The notes under the pieces are model-generated. The model ran no database searches, was not told where the DNA came from, and saw nothing but the letters and a program-made list of their open reading frames with translations. A stretch of 64,000 nucleotides of DNA from an uncultured Candidatus Saccharibacteria bacterium (lineage in GTDB: Bacteria; Patescibacteriota; Minisyncoccia; Phycocordibacterales; XYD1-FULL-46-19): positions 99,302-163,301 of the forward strand of contig CAZEAY010000001.1 in the NCBI GenBank assembly GCA_964510655.1, given 5' to 3'. Numbering within the stretch: the first letter of the stretch is position 1; each line of letters starts with the position of its first letter. Of this stretch, positions 27,798-36,909 are shown piece by piece. Made by a program: the position numbers and the translations under genes.

Positions 27798-27888
27798 TTT
27801 CAAATTACAAATGTCAAAGGTCAAATGGAATCTAAATGCCAGGCATTCTAATTTGTAATTTTTAATTTGAAATTTGTAATTATTTTCT

Positions 27889-28866
27889 ATGCCTGCTCCT
27901 AAAAAAATAACTAATAAGCCAACCAAAGAGGTTCTTAAACGTTCGGAAAACCTTAAGACCAAAAAAAGAGTTGGTAAAATAGTTATTTTTCTTGTTATTA
28001 CGGGCATTATTCTCTCCGGCCTTATTTATTTGTTGTATCTGCCGGCCTTGTCTATTCGCTCTATTTTTATTCAGGGCAATGATATTTTAAATACTAAAGA
28101 TATAGAGTCTTCAATCGAAGAAACTTTGGCGGGTAAGTATTTTTATTTTTTTCCTAAAAAGAGCATTTTAATTTATCCAGCAAAAACTATTAGTGAAAAA
28201 TTAGAGCAGCAGTTCCCAAGAATTCTGTCTTTAGAAGTAGGGGTAGGTGATTACGATTCCTTGGTGGTTAATATTAAAGAACGGGATTCTGATGTTATTT
28301 GGTGTAAAGATGATAATTTACCTCACGACGTTTTGGGTCAGACGATAGAAGATGACAGTCTAAGTTCATCTAGCCCGAAACAAATATTTACTGAAAGAGA
28401 AAATCTTTCTTCTCAAAATTGTTATTTCTCCGATAATATGGGTTTTATTTTTGCTCCAGCTCCTTATTTTTCTAATAATGTCTTTTTGGAATTGTCTGGT
28501 TTTTTGGCTGATGAACCTTTGGCTACGAAACCGCTGCCTCTCTCTTCATACACCGTAGTCACTCATTTTGCTAAAAATCTAGCAAAAATATTTGCTAAAA
28601 CAGACTATAATGAATATCGTTTAATTAAAATAGCAATACTTGATAATAACAATTATGAAGCCTTAATCGCTGATACCTCCGATCCTGATAACGGAAGGTG
28701 GAAAATTTTCTTTGATAATGACGACTCAGCGGAAGATTTGACCAGTAATTTGTTTACTATTTTAAATAGTGACCCTTTTAAAAAAGAGATGACTTTGAAA
28801 AAGGGAAAATTAGCTTCCATTGACTTGCGATATGGTAAGAAGGTTTTTTACCGATTTAAAGAATAG
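27889..28866 (+). CDS. cell-division FtsQ/DivIB-like protein (POTRA-containing)
   Basis: K-rich cytoplasmic N-terminus, single TM, then a POTRA-like beta-alpha-beta-beta region (SIRSIFIQGNDIL...SLEVGVGDYDSLVVNIKER). Confidence 0.45.
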   Translation: MPAPKKITNKPTKEVLKRSENLKTKKRVGKIVIFLVITGIILSGLIYLLYLPALSIRSIFIQGNDILNTKDIESSIEETLAGKYFYFFPKKSILIYPAKTISEKLEQQFPRILSLEVGVGDYDSLVVNIKERDSDVIWCKDDNLPHDVLGQTIEDDSLSSSSPKQIFTERENLSSQNCYFSDNMGFIFAPAPYFSNNVFLELSGFLADEPLATKPLPLSSYTVVTHFAKNLAKIFAKTDYNEYRLIKIAILDNNNYEALIADTSDPDNGRWKIFFDNDDSAEDLTSNLFTILNSDPFKKEMTLKKGKLASIDLRYGKKVFYRFKE

Positions 28867-28945
28867 TATTGAACCACTAACCTCAAAGGTTTTTGTTGAC
28901 TTTTTTTGTCTTCTGGTAAAAGTAGATTAGAAAGAGAGGTTTGTC

Positions 28946-29392
28946 ATGTACTACTTTTTGGGGGCCTTATTTTTTCTCTTTATCTGGAAGTATCTGAAGG
29001 TTGGCGCTGGCGTCTCTACTCCGTCACCACAACCTCAACCAGCTAAAAACTATGATCCTTGGAGGAATGGTCATAGTACTTATGCTGTCAAATTTAGGAC
29101 TCAACTTGAGGCTTGGGCTAAGACCTTGGGAACTTCCTATTTCAATTACGATGACCGTGAAGGTTGTCTTAAAATCTTCACCCATAAAGATGGTCTTGTT
29201 GCCAAAGTCAAGGTTACTGGCGAATTTGGTTGCGTAAGTGAGGTTGTTCTGACAGAAATGATTGTTTTGACTGACGAACAGCACAAGGCTTTTTTGGACA
29301 TCTTTGCTCTAGAAGCCCAGCGACATTGCCAAGCTTATCGGGTACTTTTTTACCGAGTATCCTTGATAGATAAATGGGAACGTCCCCGATAA
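28946..29392 (+). CDS. hypothetical protein (GC-richer, SD-bearing orphan)
   Basis: agagagg SD; N-terminal TM/signal; followed by a strong terminator. Confidence 0.45.
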   Translation: MYYFLGALFFLFIWKYLKVGAGVSTPSPQPQPAKNYDPWRNGHSTYAVKFRTQLEAWAKTLGTSYFNYDDREGCLKIFTHKDGLVAKVKVTGEFGCVSEVVLTEMIVLTDEQHKAFLDIFALEAQRHCQAYRVLFYRVSLIDKWERPR

Positions 29393-29405
29393 GGGCAAGA
29401 CTCTT

Positions 29406-29437
29406 CGCCGACCTTAGTCCGAGGTCGGCTTTTTTTT
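29406..29437 (+). terminator. Rho-independent terminator
   Basis: cgccgacct-tagtccg-aggtcggc followed by ttttttttt. Confidence 0.85.
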
Positions 29438-29499
29438 GACTAAATAATTTATCTTGGATTTCCCTACCCATTTTTTATGTCTGTTATATAATAAAGACA

Positions 29500-29892
29500 A
29501 TGAGATTGTTATCAATGCTTGTCCATTATGTATGGTGGCACTATACGACGGCCATTGTTGATTTAGTTCGTAATTATTTCAATTTGGCGGCTTTTTTGCG
29601 AAACTTTTTTTCTTTGAATCATCTGACGAAGAATTTGTTTACCCCCTGGCGGAGATTAGGCGAAGAGTACCCCAACGGTCATTTTGATATTGCGGCTTTT
29701 TTCTCGGCTCTGGTTGTTAATACTCTAATGCGAGTGGTTGGCTTCATTATTCGTCTTGTTATGATTGTTTTTGGTTTGGTCGTGCTTGTTCTTAGTCTGC
29801 TGGCATTTTTTGTGGTTTTAGTTGTCTGGCTATTTATTCCAGCGATTTTGGTGTTTTTGCTAATTTTTAGTTATCGTCTTTTAACAGCATGA
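29500..29892 (+). CDS. small polytopic membrane protein, translationally coupled to the downstream Clp-like ATPase
   Basis: Three predicted TM helices; its stop overlaps the next start (ATGA). Confidence 0.5.
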   Translation: MRLLSMLVHYVWWHYTTAIVDLVRNYFNLAAFLRNFFSLNHLTKNLFTPWRRLGEEYPNGHFDIAAFFSALVVNTLMRVVGFIIRLVMIVFGLVVLVLSLLAFFVVLVVWLFIPAILVFLLIFSYRLLTA

Positions 29893-32363
29893 TAAAGTCT
29901 GATATCACTAAAAGTAAAATATATCCTGTCTTGGTTTTAGAGTCTGTCATTTCGGACCGAACTCTTCGTCGGGCGAGTAAATTTTTAGAAACATTGTTTT
30001 TAGGTTTTATCTTAGTTACCTTAGTCTGCTCTCTCATCATTGAGCGATTAAATATCCCCAACGCTCATGAATTAGCCAACTATCTAGAATTGAAATTTTT
30101 AGGCATTCTTGTTTTAAATTTTTCTCTGCTAATTATTGTTTTTCTGATTCGGTCTTATCTCCACTCTTCTTATTATTTTGAAAATATTGTTAATAATCGT
30201 TACCAAAGTAAAGATCTCTATACTTTTACCGTCGGTCGGATTTTATACCAAACGCCAAATGATGATTGGCTGCGTGGTTTCTTAATTTCTGAAGTTGGTC
30301 GAGAAATTATGTCTCGTTGTGGTGTTTCTCTTGATCAAATCAGTGCTTTTCTCAAAGATCGACCAGCTTCTCCATCGTCTCTCAATCTTTCAACCGATAA
30401 AATTCTAAAGTTACGCGACTTTGTTTCTCTGCTGTACACTGAAAATTCGGATTTTAGCCGTTTGCTTTATACAGTTGGCATTGGAGAATCTGACTTATCC
30501 AATATTGTTGATTGGGTGGTAAAGGGGATTGAGGATCGGGAAATGCGTGGTCGTTTTTGGCGTTTAGAAAATTTAGAGCGCTTAGGTTCTTTGGGTAAAA
30601 GTTGGTCATATGGTATTACTCCTAGGTTGGATCTCTATAGTCAGGATTTATTAGAACGACCAGAAGCTCAATTTTCGGCCTATGATGTGTCGTTTCGTGA
30701 TAAGGAAGTTGGTCAATTGGAATCAGTCTTGTCTCGGGCTAGTGAATCCAATGTTCTTTTGATTGGAGAAACCGAACCAGTTCGGATGGATGTTTTATGG
30801 AATTTTGTGCGAAAAATTAAGCAGGGGGCTATTTTACCAAATTTGGAACACAAACGCGTTATTTTGTTTAATACCGCTACGTTTTTGGCTGGTTTTAAGG
30901 AGAGAGCTGATTTTGAAAATGAGTTAATTCGTGTTTTCAATGAGGCCGTTAAGGCTGGGGATGTTGTTTTAGTCTTTAATGATTTTTCGGCTTTTTTGGC
31001 TGGAGCGGAAAGTCTTCATTCCCAAGTTTTTAGTTTATTAGATCAGTATTTTTCTTCTTCCCGGCTTCAGATTATTGCGATGTCTGATACTGATAAGTTT
31101 CATCACTTGTTAGAAACCAGATCGGAAGTTATGGCTCGTTTTGAAAAAGTAATTATTCGAGACCTGACAGCTGATGAAGCCGTTATGACCTTACTGGAGG
31201 GGGTGGATCAGGTGGAAAGACAAACTGGTGTTCATTTTTCTTATCCAGCTCTAAAGCAAATTGTGGCCGGGGCTGATGCTTATCTTGGGGAAGGCTCTTT
31301 AACCGAAAAGGCGAAAGATTTGGTAGTGGAAATAGTACCTTGGGCCCTTAAAAACAATAAACCTCTTATTTTAACTGAGGATGTTTCGGCTTATCTGCAA
31401 AGTAAAACAAATATTCCGATGGGAGCGATTTCTGCCGCCGAAAAAGACATTTTATTGAATTTGGAAGATAATTTACAAAAAAGAATTGTTGGTCAGTTCC
31501 AAGCAGTAAGGGCGATTGTTGGGGCTATGAAAAGAGCTCGTGCCGGAGTTCAAAATCAAAAACGTCCACTCGGTTCTTTCCTTTTCTTGGGTCCCACTGG
31601 TGTTGGCAAAACAGAAACGGCTAAAGCTCTGGCTACTGCTTATTTTGGCGGAGAAGAAAAGTTGATGCGATTAGATATGACTGAATATCAAGAAGCCGAT
31701 GCTTTGGGTAAATTGATTGGTTCCTTTAACGATGAGAAGCCTGGGGTTTTGTCTAATCTTATTCGGCAAAATGTTTTTGGTGTCTTGCTTCTTGATGAGT
31801 TTGAGAAAAGTAGTAAGGACGTTCAGAATCTATTTTTGCAAATTTTAGATGAAGGAGTGTTTTCTGATATGAATGGTAAGCGGGTAAATGCTCGTAATAT
31901 TATTTTCATTGCCACCTCTAATGCTGGCTCGGAAATGATTTGGAATTTAGTGAAGTCTGGCCAGGATCCGGTGGCAGAGCGTGATGCGATTATCAACGAA
32001 ATTGTAAGTACGGGGGTTTATAAGCCGGAACTACTTAACCGCTATGATGAAGTTATTATTTTTAACCCACTGTCGCCAGAGGATTTGCTTAAAATTTCTA
32101 GTTTAATGCTGAAGAAACTGGCCAAACGTCTTGAACAAAAAGGAATCAATTTTATGGTCAATGACTTTTTGTCGGCCAAAGTTAGTCGTGAGGGGGCTAA
32201 TGAAATTTTTGGCGCCCGACCAATGAATCGTTATATCCAAGATAAAATAGAACAAGCGGTGGCTGACAAGATTATTTCTGGCGAACTAAAACCTGGTAAT
32301 ACTGTTGAATTCAAGGCCCCAGTCGGTGATAATGGTGGAGAATTTTCCATCGTGATATCTTAA
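29889..32363 (+). CDS. membrane-anchored Clp/Hsp100-like AAA+ ATPase with a degenerate D1 and an intact D2
   Basis: Two N-terminal TM helices; Clp-N-like repeat; D1 has no Walker A (LIGETEPVRMDVL); D2 is canonical with [17 protein letters not shown] and sensor regions as in ClpA/ClpB. Confidence 0.7.
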   Translation: MIKSDITKSKIYPVLVLESVISDRTLRRASKFLETLFLGFILVTLVCSLIIERLNIPNAHELANYLELKFLGILVLNFSLLIIVFLIRSYLHSSYYFENIVNNRYQSKDLYTFTVGRILYQTPNDDWLRGFLISEVGREIMSRCGVSLDQISAFLKDRPASPSSLNLSTDKILKLRDFVSLLYTENSDFSRLLYTVGIGESDLSNIVDWVVKGIEDREMRGRFWRLENLERLGSLGKSWSYGITPRLDLYSQDLLERPEAQFSAYDVSFRDKEVGQLESVLSRASESNVLLIGETEPVRMDVLWNFVRKIKQGAILPNLEHKRVILFNTATFLAGFKERADFENELIRVFNEAVKAGDVVLVFNDFSAFLAGAESLHSQVFSLLDQYFSSSRLQIIAMSDTDKFHHLLETRSEVMARFEKVIIRDLTADEAVMTLLEGVDQVERQTGVHFSYPALKQIVAGADAYLGEGSLTEKAKDLVVEIVPWALKNNKPLILTEDVSAYLQSKTNIPMGAISAAEKDILLNLEDNLQKRIVGQFQAVRAIVGAMKRARAGVQNQKRPLGSFLFLGPTGVGKTETAKALATAYFGGEEKLMRLDMTEYQEADALGKLIGSFNDEKPGVLSNLIRQNVFGVLLLDEFEKSSKDVQNLFLQILDEGVFSDMNGKRVNARNIIFIATSNAGSEMIWNLVKSGQDPVAERDAIINEIVSTGVYKPELLNRYDEVIIFNPLSPEDLLKISSLMLKKLAKRLEQKGINFMVNDFLSAKVSREGANEIFGARPMNRYIQDKIEQAVADKIISGELKPGNTVEFKAPVGDNGGEFSIVIS

Positions 32364-32370
32364 AGAAAAT

Positions 32371-34722
32371 ATGCTAAAACGTCACTCCAACTTAAGTATT
32401 ATTGCTCATACTTTGTGCGCTCTTCTTTTTGGTGTTGGGGTAGCTTATCTATCTTGGGGTGGAATTAGTACGGTTCTCTATAAGGGGACAAATGCAACTT
32501 CTAGTTTGGTTAAAAATATTACTACCAGTGTTATCTCTCAGGTTGCCAGTCTTGGGGTGGTAACCTATGAAAATAAAACTACGGAAGCTTCTACTATTTC
32601 AAATTCTGTCTTAGAAACTAAACCACCGGTTTATATTAAAGATGATAAAATAGAAATTCCGACTGAGGGAAAGTTTTTAACAGCAGACTTGTCTGCTATG
32701 GTCATTACTTTATATGAAAATGGGCGACAAATAGCTTCTTTGCCAATTAGTACGATTGGCCGTGGTGGTTCGGCTTGGGAAACTCCTCGTGGTCGTTATC
32801 AAATTGAGACTAAAGAGCGTACTCATTTTTCTTCCATTGGCAAAGTTTATATGCCATTTTCTATGCAGTTCAATGGAAATTACTTTATTCATGGTTGGAC
32901 TTATTATCCCGATGGTACTCCTGTCTCCGCCGAATTTTCTGGTGGTTGTATTAAGTTAAAAACGGCCGATGCCGAAAAGATTTATAATTTTGTATCAATT
33001 GGGACACCAGTTTATGTTTTTAATAGTTTGAAAAACAATGAGACTGATAGCGCTCGCTATTTACCAAAAACAGCAATAAGGTTACCAGACGTTTCCGCCA
33101 AATCATTTTTGATTGCTGACGTTGATAGTGGAGAAATTTTGGCGGAAAAAAACCGCGAGGCTGTTTTGCCGGCGCGCCAAGTATCGCAACTCTTGTCTTC
33201 CTTGGTTACCCTCGATGCTATTCATTTTTTTAATGAGACCAGAGTTAAACCTGGTCAGATAACAGAATTTGGTTCAGCTACTTTGCTCTTGCCGGGGGAG
33301 AAGATTGTGGTCAAAGATCTGTTATATCCAATGTTGTTTGGAGACAATGGGGTGGCTGCCACTTCTTTAGCTACCGTAATGGGTAATAACACTTTTGTAA
33401 CCAAAATGAATAAACGGGCGGAGTCTATTGGTCTTACTCAATCCGTTTTTACTGATCCGGCTGGATTAGACTTAGGTAACTTATCGTCGGCGACCGATTT
33501 GTTTAAACTAACCAGACATATTTATATTTTCAAAAATTATCTGTGGGGAATTACTCGTGAATTAGAAAAAACTTCTGGTCGCCATGTTTGGCATAACCAG
33601 AATGGTTTAAGTAATTTACCAGGCTTTTTGGGTGGTTTTCGTGGACAAACTGTCTCCGGAGAGGCGGCGGCGGTAGGATTATTTTCTGTTCCAATTGACA
33701 GTAAATCTTCTCGGGTGGTGGCGGTTACTCTTCTAGACAGCGCTGATGCTATTGGGGACTTAGCACGTCTGTCGGAGTATGCTCGATCTGGTTTTGTTTT
33801 TACTGAAATAGCAAAAGCCAAGACAAAAGATTCTGTTATCCCACCTATTCCAACTACTGTCTCAGCGAGCACCACTCTCACTACCCTGGTTTTTGTTGGT
33901 GACATTATGTTGGACCGTGGGGTAAAAAAATCTATTATTTCCAGTGGTGGAAATTTTAGTTATCCTTTTGCTAATTTGGACAAGGTAAAAAATAGCGATA
34001 TTTTGTTTGGTAATTTGGAAGGACCGGTTTCTGATAAAGGGCGAAATGTTGGAAGTATTTATTCTTTTAGAATGGACCCTAAAGTTGTTTCGGTCTTACA
34101 AGATCAAGGGTTTGATGTTTTGTCTGTTGCCAATAATCATATTGGGGATTGGACCAGGCTAGCCTTTACCGATACTTTGGCAAATTTTTCTGACACAAAG
34201 GTAATGATCACTGGTGGCGGCTTAACTAAGTCGCTAGCTACCGAACCAAAAATTATTGAAAAAAATGGTGTTAAGTTTGGCTACCTAGGATTTTCTGATG
34301 TTGGACCAAAAGGTCTTGAAGCTGGGACTACTACTCCAGGAATTTTGCTGGCGGGGGATCCAACTGCTCCAGAGGTTATTAAAGCGGCCGCCGACCAATG
34401 TGACGTTTTGATTGTCGCTTATCATTTTGGCAATGAGTATGAAAAGAAGTCGAACTGGCGCCAAAGAGAATTAGCTCATATGGCGATTGATAACGGTGCT
34501 CGAGTGGTGGTGGGGACTCATCCTCATGTTGCTCAAGAGACAGAAAATTATCGTGGAGGAGTAATTATGTACAGCTTGGGTAATTTTATTTTTGATCAAT
34601 ATTTTTCCGCCGACACTATGTCTGGTCTAGCTGTGAAAATAACTTTTGATGGTAAAAATATTTCTAAAATAGAAGAGTTTAAAACTTCTTTGGATAAAAA
34701 CTATCGGGTGAGCGTGGAGTAA
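32371..34722 (+). CDS. multidomain cell-wall enzyme: L,D-transpeptidase (YkuD) + D-Ala-D-Ala carboxypeptidase-like (S11-like) + CapA/metallophosphatase-like domain
   Basis: TM anchor; LDT motif HG...SGGCIKL; central S11-like fold LIADVDSGEILAEKN... with no clear SxxK; C-terminal CapA motifs VGDIMLDR, NLEGP, ANNHIGDW. Confidence 0.65.
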   Translation: MLKRHSNLSIIAHTLCALLFGVGVAYLSWGGISTVLYKGTNATSSLVKNITTSVISQVASLGVVTYENKTTEASTISNSVLETKPPVYIKDDKIEIPTEGKFLTADLSAMVITLYENGRQIASLPISTIGRGGSAWETPRGRYQIETKERTHFSSIGKVYMPFSMQFNGNYFIHGWTYYPDGTPVSAEFSGGCIKLKTADAEKIYNFVSIGTPVYVFNSLKNNETDSARYLPKTAIRLPDVSAKSFLIADVDSGEILAEKNREAVLPARQVSQLLSSLVTLDAIHFFNETRVKPGQITEFGSATLLLPGEKIVVKDLLYPMLFGDNGVAATSLATVMGNNTFVTKMNKRAESIGLTQSVFTDPAGLDLGNLSSATDLFKLTRHIYIFKNYLWGITRELEKTSGRHVWHNQNGLSNLPGFLGGFRGQTVSGEAAAVGLFSVPIDSKSSRVVAVTLLDSADAIGDLARLSEYARSGFVFTEIAKAKTKDSVIPPIPTTVSASTTLTTLVFVGDIMLDRGVKKSIISSGGNFSYPFANLDKVKNSDILFGNLEGPVSDKGRNVGSIYSFRMDPKVVSVLQDQGFDVLSVANNHIGDWTRLAFTDTLANFSDTKVMITGGGLTKSLATEPKIIEKNGVKFGYLGFSDVGPKGLEAGTTTPGILLAGDPTAPEVIKAAADQCDVLIVAYHFGNEYEKKSNWRQRELAHMAIDNGARVVVGTHPHVAQETENYRGGVIMYSLGNFIFDQYFSADTMSGLAVKITFDGKNISKIEEFKTSLDKNYRVSVE

Positions 34723-34739
34723 TTAATCTAGATTATTCA

Positions 34740-35165
34740 ATGAATATGGAGAATTTGAAAATGTCTGAAGAGAAAAAAGAATGGTCATCCTCAGAAGTCG
34801 ATCAATTTTATAGTGATCTTTTGGAACAAGCATTGGTATCTATTCCAGAGTCTGGCGCTGTAATGGTTCTTGGACCGATGTTTATAATTAGAGATCCTGA
34901 AGAAAACTTTTCATTATTTGAAGAAGCTCAGATGAAACTCAAGGAAGAAGGGATAGAAATTTTTAATCAGTTACCTTTAACAGATTATCGACTAAAAGAT
35001 GCACCATTTAAATATGATAGAAAATTTGAATTGTTCTACAAGCCACTTATCCAATCTGGCAAGATAACGGCATGCTACTTACTTCCTGATTGGGAAAAAT
35101 CAGAGGGGACAAGGGCAGAAATTGAATACGCTAAAGAGGTGGGTATACCAATTCATAAACTTTAA
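34740..35165 (+). CDS. hypothetical protein, possibly with a nucleoside 2-deoxyribosyltransferase-like fold
   Basis: Small alpha/beta protein with a C-terminal EIEYAKEVGIPI motif reminiscent of DUF4406/NDT-like proteins; weak. Confidence 0.3.
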   Translation: MNMENLKMSEEKKEWSSSEVDQFYSDLLEQALVSIPESGAVMVLGPMFIIRDPEENFSLFEEAQMKLKEEGIEIFNQLPLTDYRLKDAPFKYDRKFELFYKPLIQSGKITACYLLPDWEKSEGTRAEIEYAKEVGIPIHKL

Positions 35166-35294
35166 TTAGTAATCCTGTAAATAAGGGTTATTTCAATTTT
35201 TGAGATTGGATTTTATCTAATTGACTTATTTATAATAGTGTGATATACTGAGATAAGTCGTTTGGTATTGAAAATCTACCAGAAAGGGGCTTAA

Positions 35295-35813
35295 ATGCTT
35301 CTTTTTCTACAAATCGCCGTTTCAGTACTTTTCTTCCTGCAAAAGGTGGGGGTACTGGCAGGACTTCGTCTCGGGTGGTTGTTGGGGATGGTGGCGGCCA
35401 TCCTCGGTGTTGGGTACTTCTTCGGTGCTAGTATGTATGTTTTTACTGCACTTGAGGTTGGTCTGACTATTCTAATGGGACAGGCTTGGTATTTTAGAGA
35501 AAAGAAGAACGAGAAGATTGAAAATGGGATACGGATTGTCACAATCGTAACCATGTTTATTCTCACTCTTTTCTCCTGCGCTGGTCGCCTGACTGTTTTT
35601 GAGCTACTGAGCTCTGTTGGGCTGCTTGGAGGAACCTATCTCCTGTCACATCAAAAACCAATGGCTGGTTGGCTGATCTCACTCGTTGCCCATTCCTTCG
35701 GGGCATATGTGGGATATGGCCATGGTCAGATGTTTTTTGCCGACATGCAGGTCGCCTCTCTTCTCGTCTCTTTGGTCGGAGTGATCAAAGAGCACCCCCG
35801 CTTCAGACGATGA
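35295..35813 (+). CDS. hypothetical polytopic membrane protein (GC-richer, SD-bearing)
   Basis: Five or six TM helices; gaaagggg SD; the terminator hairpin overlaps the stop codon. Confidence 0.45.
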   Translation: MLLFLQIAVSVLFFLQKVGVLAGLRLGWLLGMVAAILGVGYFFGASMYVFTALEVGLTILMGQAWYFREKKNEKIENGIRIVTIVTMFILTLFSCAGRLTVFELLSSVGLLGGTYLLSHQKPMAGWLISLVAHSFGAYVGYGHGQMFFADMQVASLLVSLVGVIKEHPRFRR

Positions 35814-35880
35814 GGCGGGTTTTTCTTTTCTTATTCTTTATTTTTTTGCCTTTTTCTTTGGTAATTGTTATCCTTCCTCT

Positions 35881-36885
35881 ATGTCCAATTTTTGGCAAAA
35901 ACTTAAAAAGCCGATTTTTACATTGGCACCGATGTATGATGTAACCGACAGTGCTTTTCGGCAGATCATCGCTAAATACGGAAAGCTCGACCGAAGTGCT
36001 GGAAGAGGCGGTCCGGATGTTTTTTTTACGGAATTTGTCTCGGTGGATGGACTCTGCTCAGAAAAAGGGCGAGAGAAACTTTTGCGTGAACTTTATTTTA
36101 CTGAAAACGAACGACCAATTGTGGCCCAGGTGTTTGGTTCAAAACCAGAAAATTTTAAAACTGTTGCTAAGTTGGTCAGAGAGCTTGGCTTTGATGGAAT
36201 GGATATAAATATGGGTTGTCCAGATCGAGCTGTAATGAAACAGGGAGCTGGAGCGTCATTAATTAAAACCCCAACCCTGGCTCAAGAAATAATTGCTGCG
36301 GCTAAAGAAGGGGCGGGCGATATGCCGGTTTCGGTAAAAAGCCGGATTGGTTATAATCAGATCCAAATTGAAGACTGGGCCAAAAATTTGATTGAAGCCA
36401 AACCAGCTGCTATTACTTTTCACCTACGAACAATGAAGGAACTTTCTCTGGTTCCCGCTCATTGGGATCAAATTCGTATTCCTGTAGAGCTTGCTAAGGG
36501 GACCGATATTTTGATTATGGGTAATGGGGATGTGAAAGATCTCGATGATGCTCAGTCGAAAATAGAAGAATATGGTGCGGACGGAGCGATGCTTGGTCGG
36601 GCGATTTTTGGTAACCCCTGGCTCTTTAGTGGAAAGAAAGATATTCCACTTGAAGAAAAACTTCGTGTTCTTTTGGAACACACTCAATTGTTTGAAAAAT
36701 TATATTGCCCAGGTAAGATAAACAATAAACTTTTTAAGGGTCATACCAAAAATTTTGCCGTAATGAAAAAACATTTTAAAGCCTATGTTAAGGGGTTCGA
36801 TGGCGCTCTCGATTTACGGGTAAAGCTAATGGAGACAAAAAATGCCGCTGAGGTTGAGCAGATAATTAAAGACTTTTTAGGCTAA
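35881..36885 (+). CDS. dus: tRNA-dihydrouridine synthase
   Basis: LAPMYDVTDSAFR, FMN-binding barrel, catalytic Cys in INMGCPDRAVMKQGAGASL. Confidence 0.85.
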   Translation: MSNFWQKLKKPIFTLAPMYDVTDSAFRQIIAKYGKLDRSAGRGGPDVFFTEFVSVDGLCSEKGREKLLRELYFTENERPIVAQVFGSKPENFKTVAKLVRELGFDGMDINMGCPDRAVMKQGAGASLIKTPTLAQEIIAAAKEGAGDMPVSVKSRIGYNQIQIEDWAKNLIEAKPAAITFHLRTMKELSLVPAHWDQIRIPVELAKGTDILIMGNGDVKDLDDAQSKIEEYGADGAMLGRAIFGNPWLFSGKKDIPLEEKLRVLLEHTQLFEKLYCPGKINNKLFKGHTKNFAVMKKHFKAYVKGFDGALDLRVKLMETKNAAEVEQIIKDFLG

Positions 36886-36909
36886 ATATTTTTTGCTATA
36901 CTAGAGCCA

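Noticed and set aside
26383-27882. CRISPR array around serS
   Set aside because: The repeats are short and irregular, in both orientations, and flank a housekeeping gene. There is no repeat-spacer periodicity and no cas genes.
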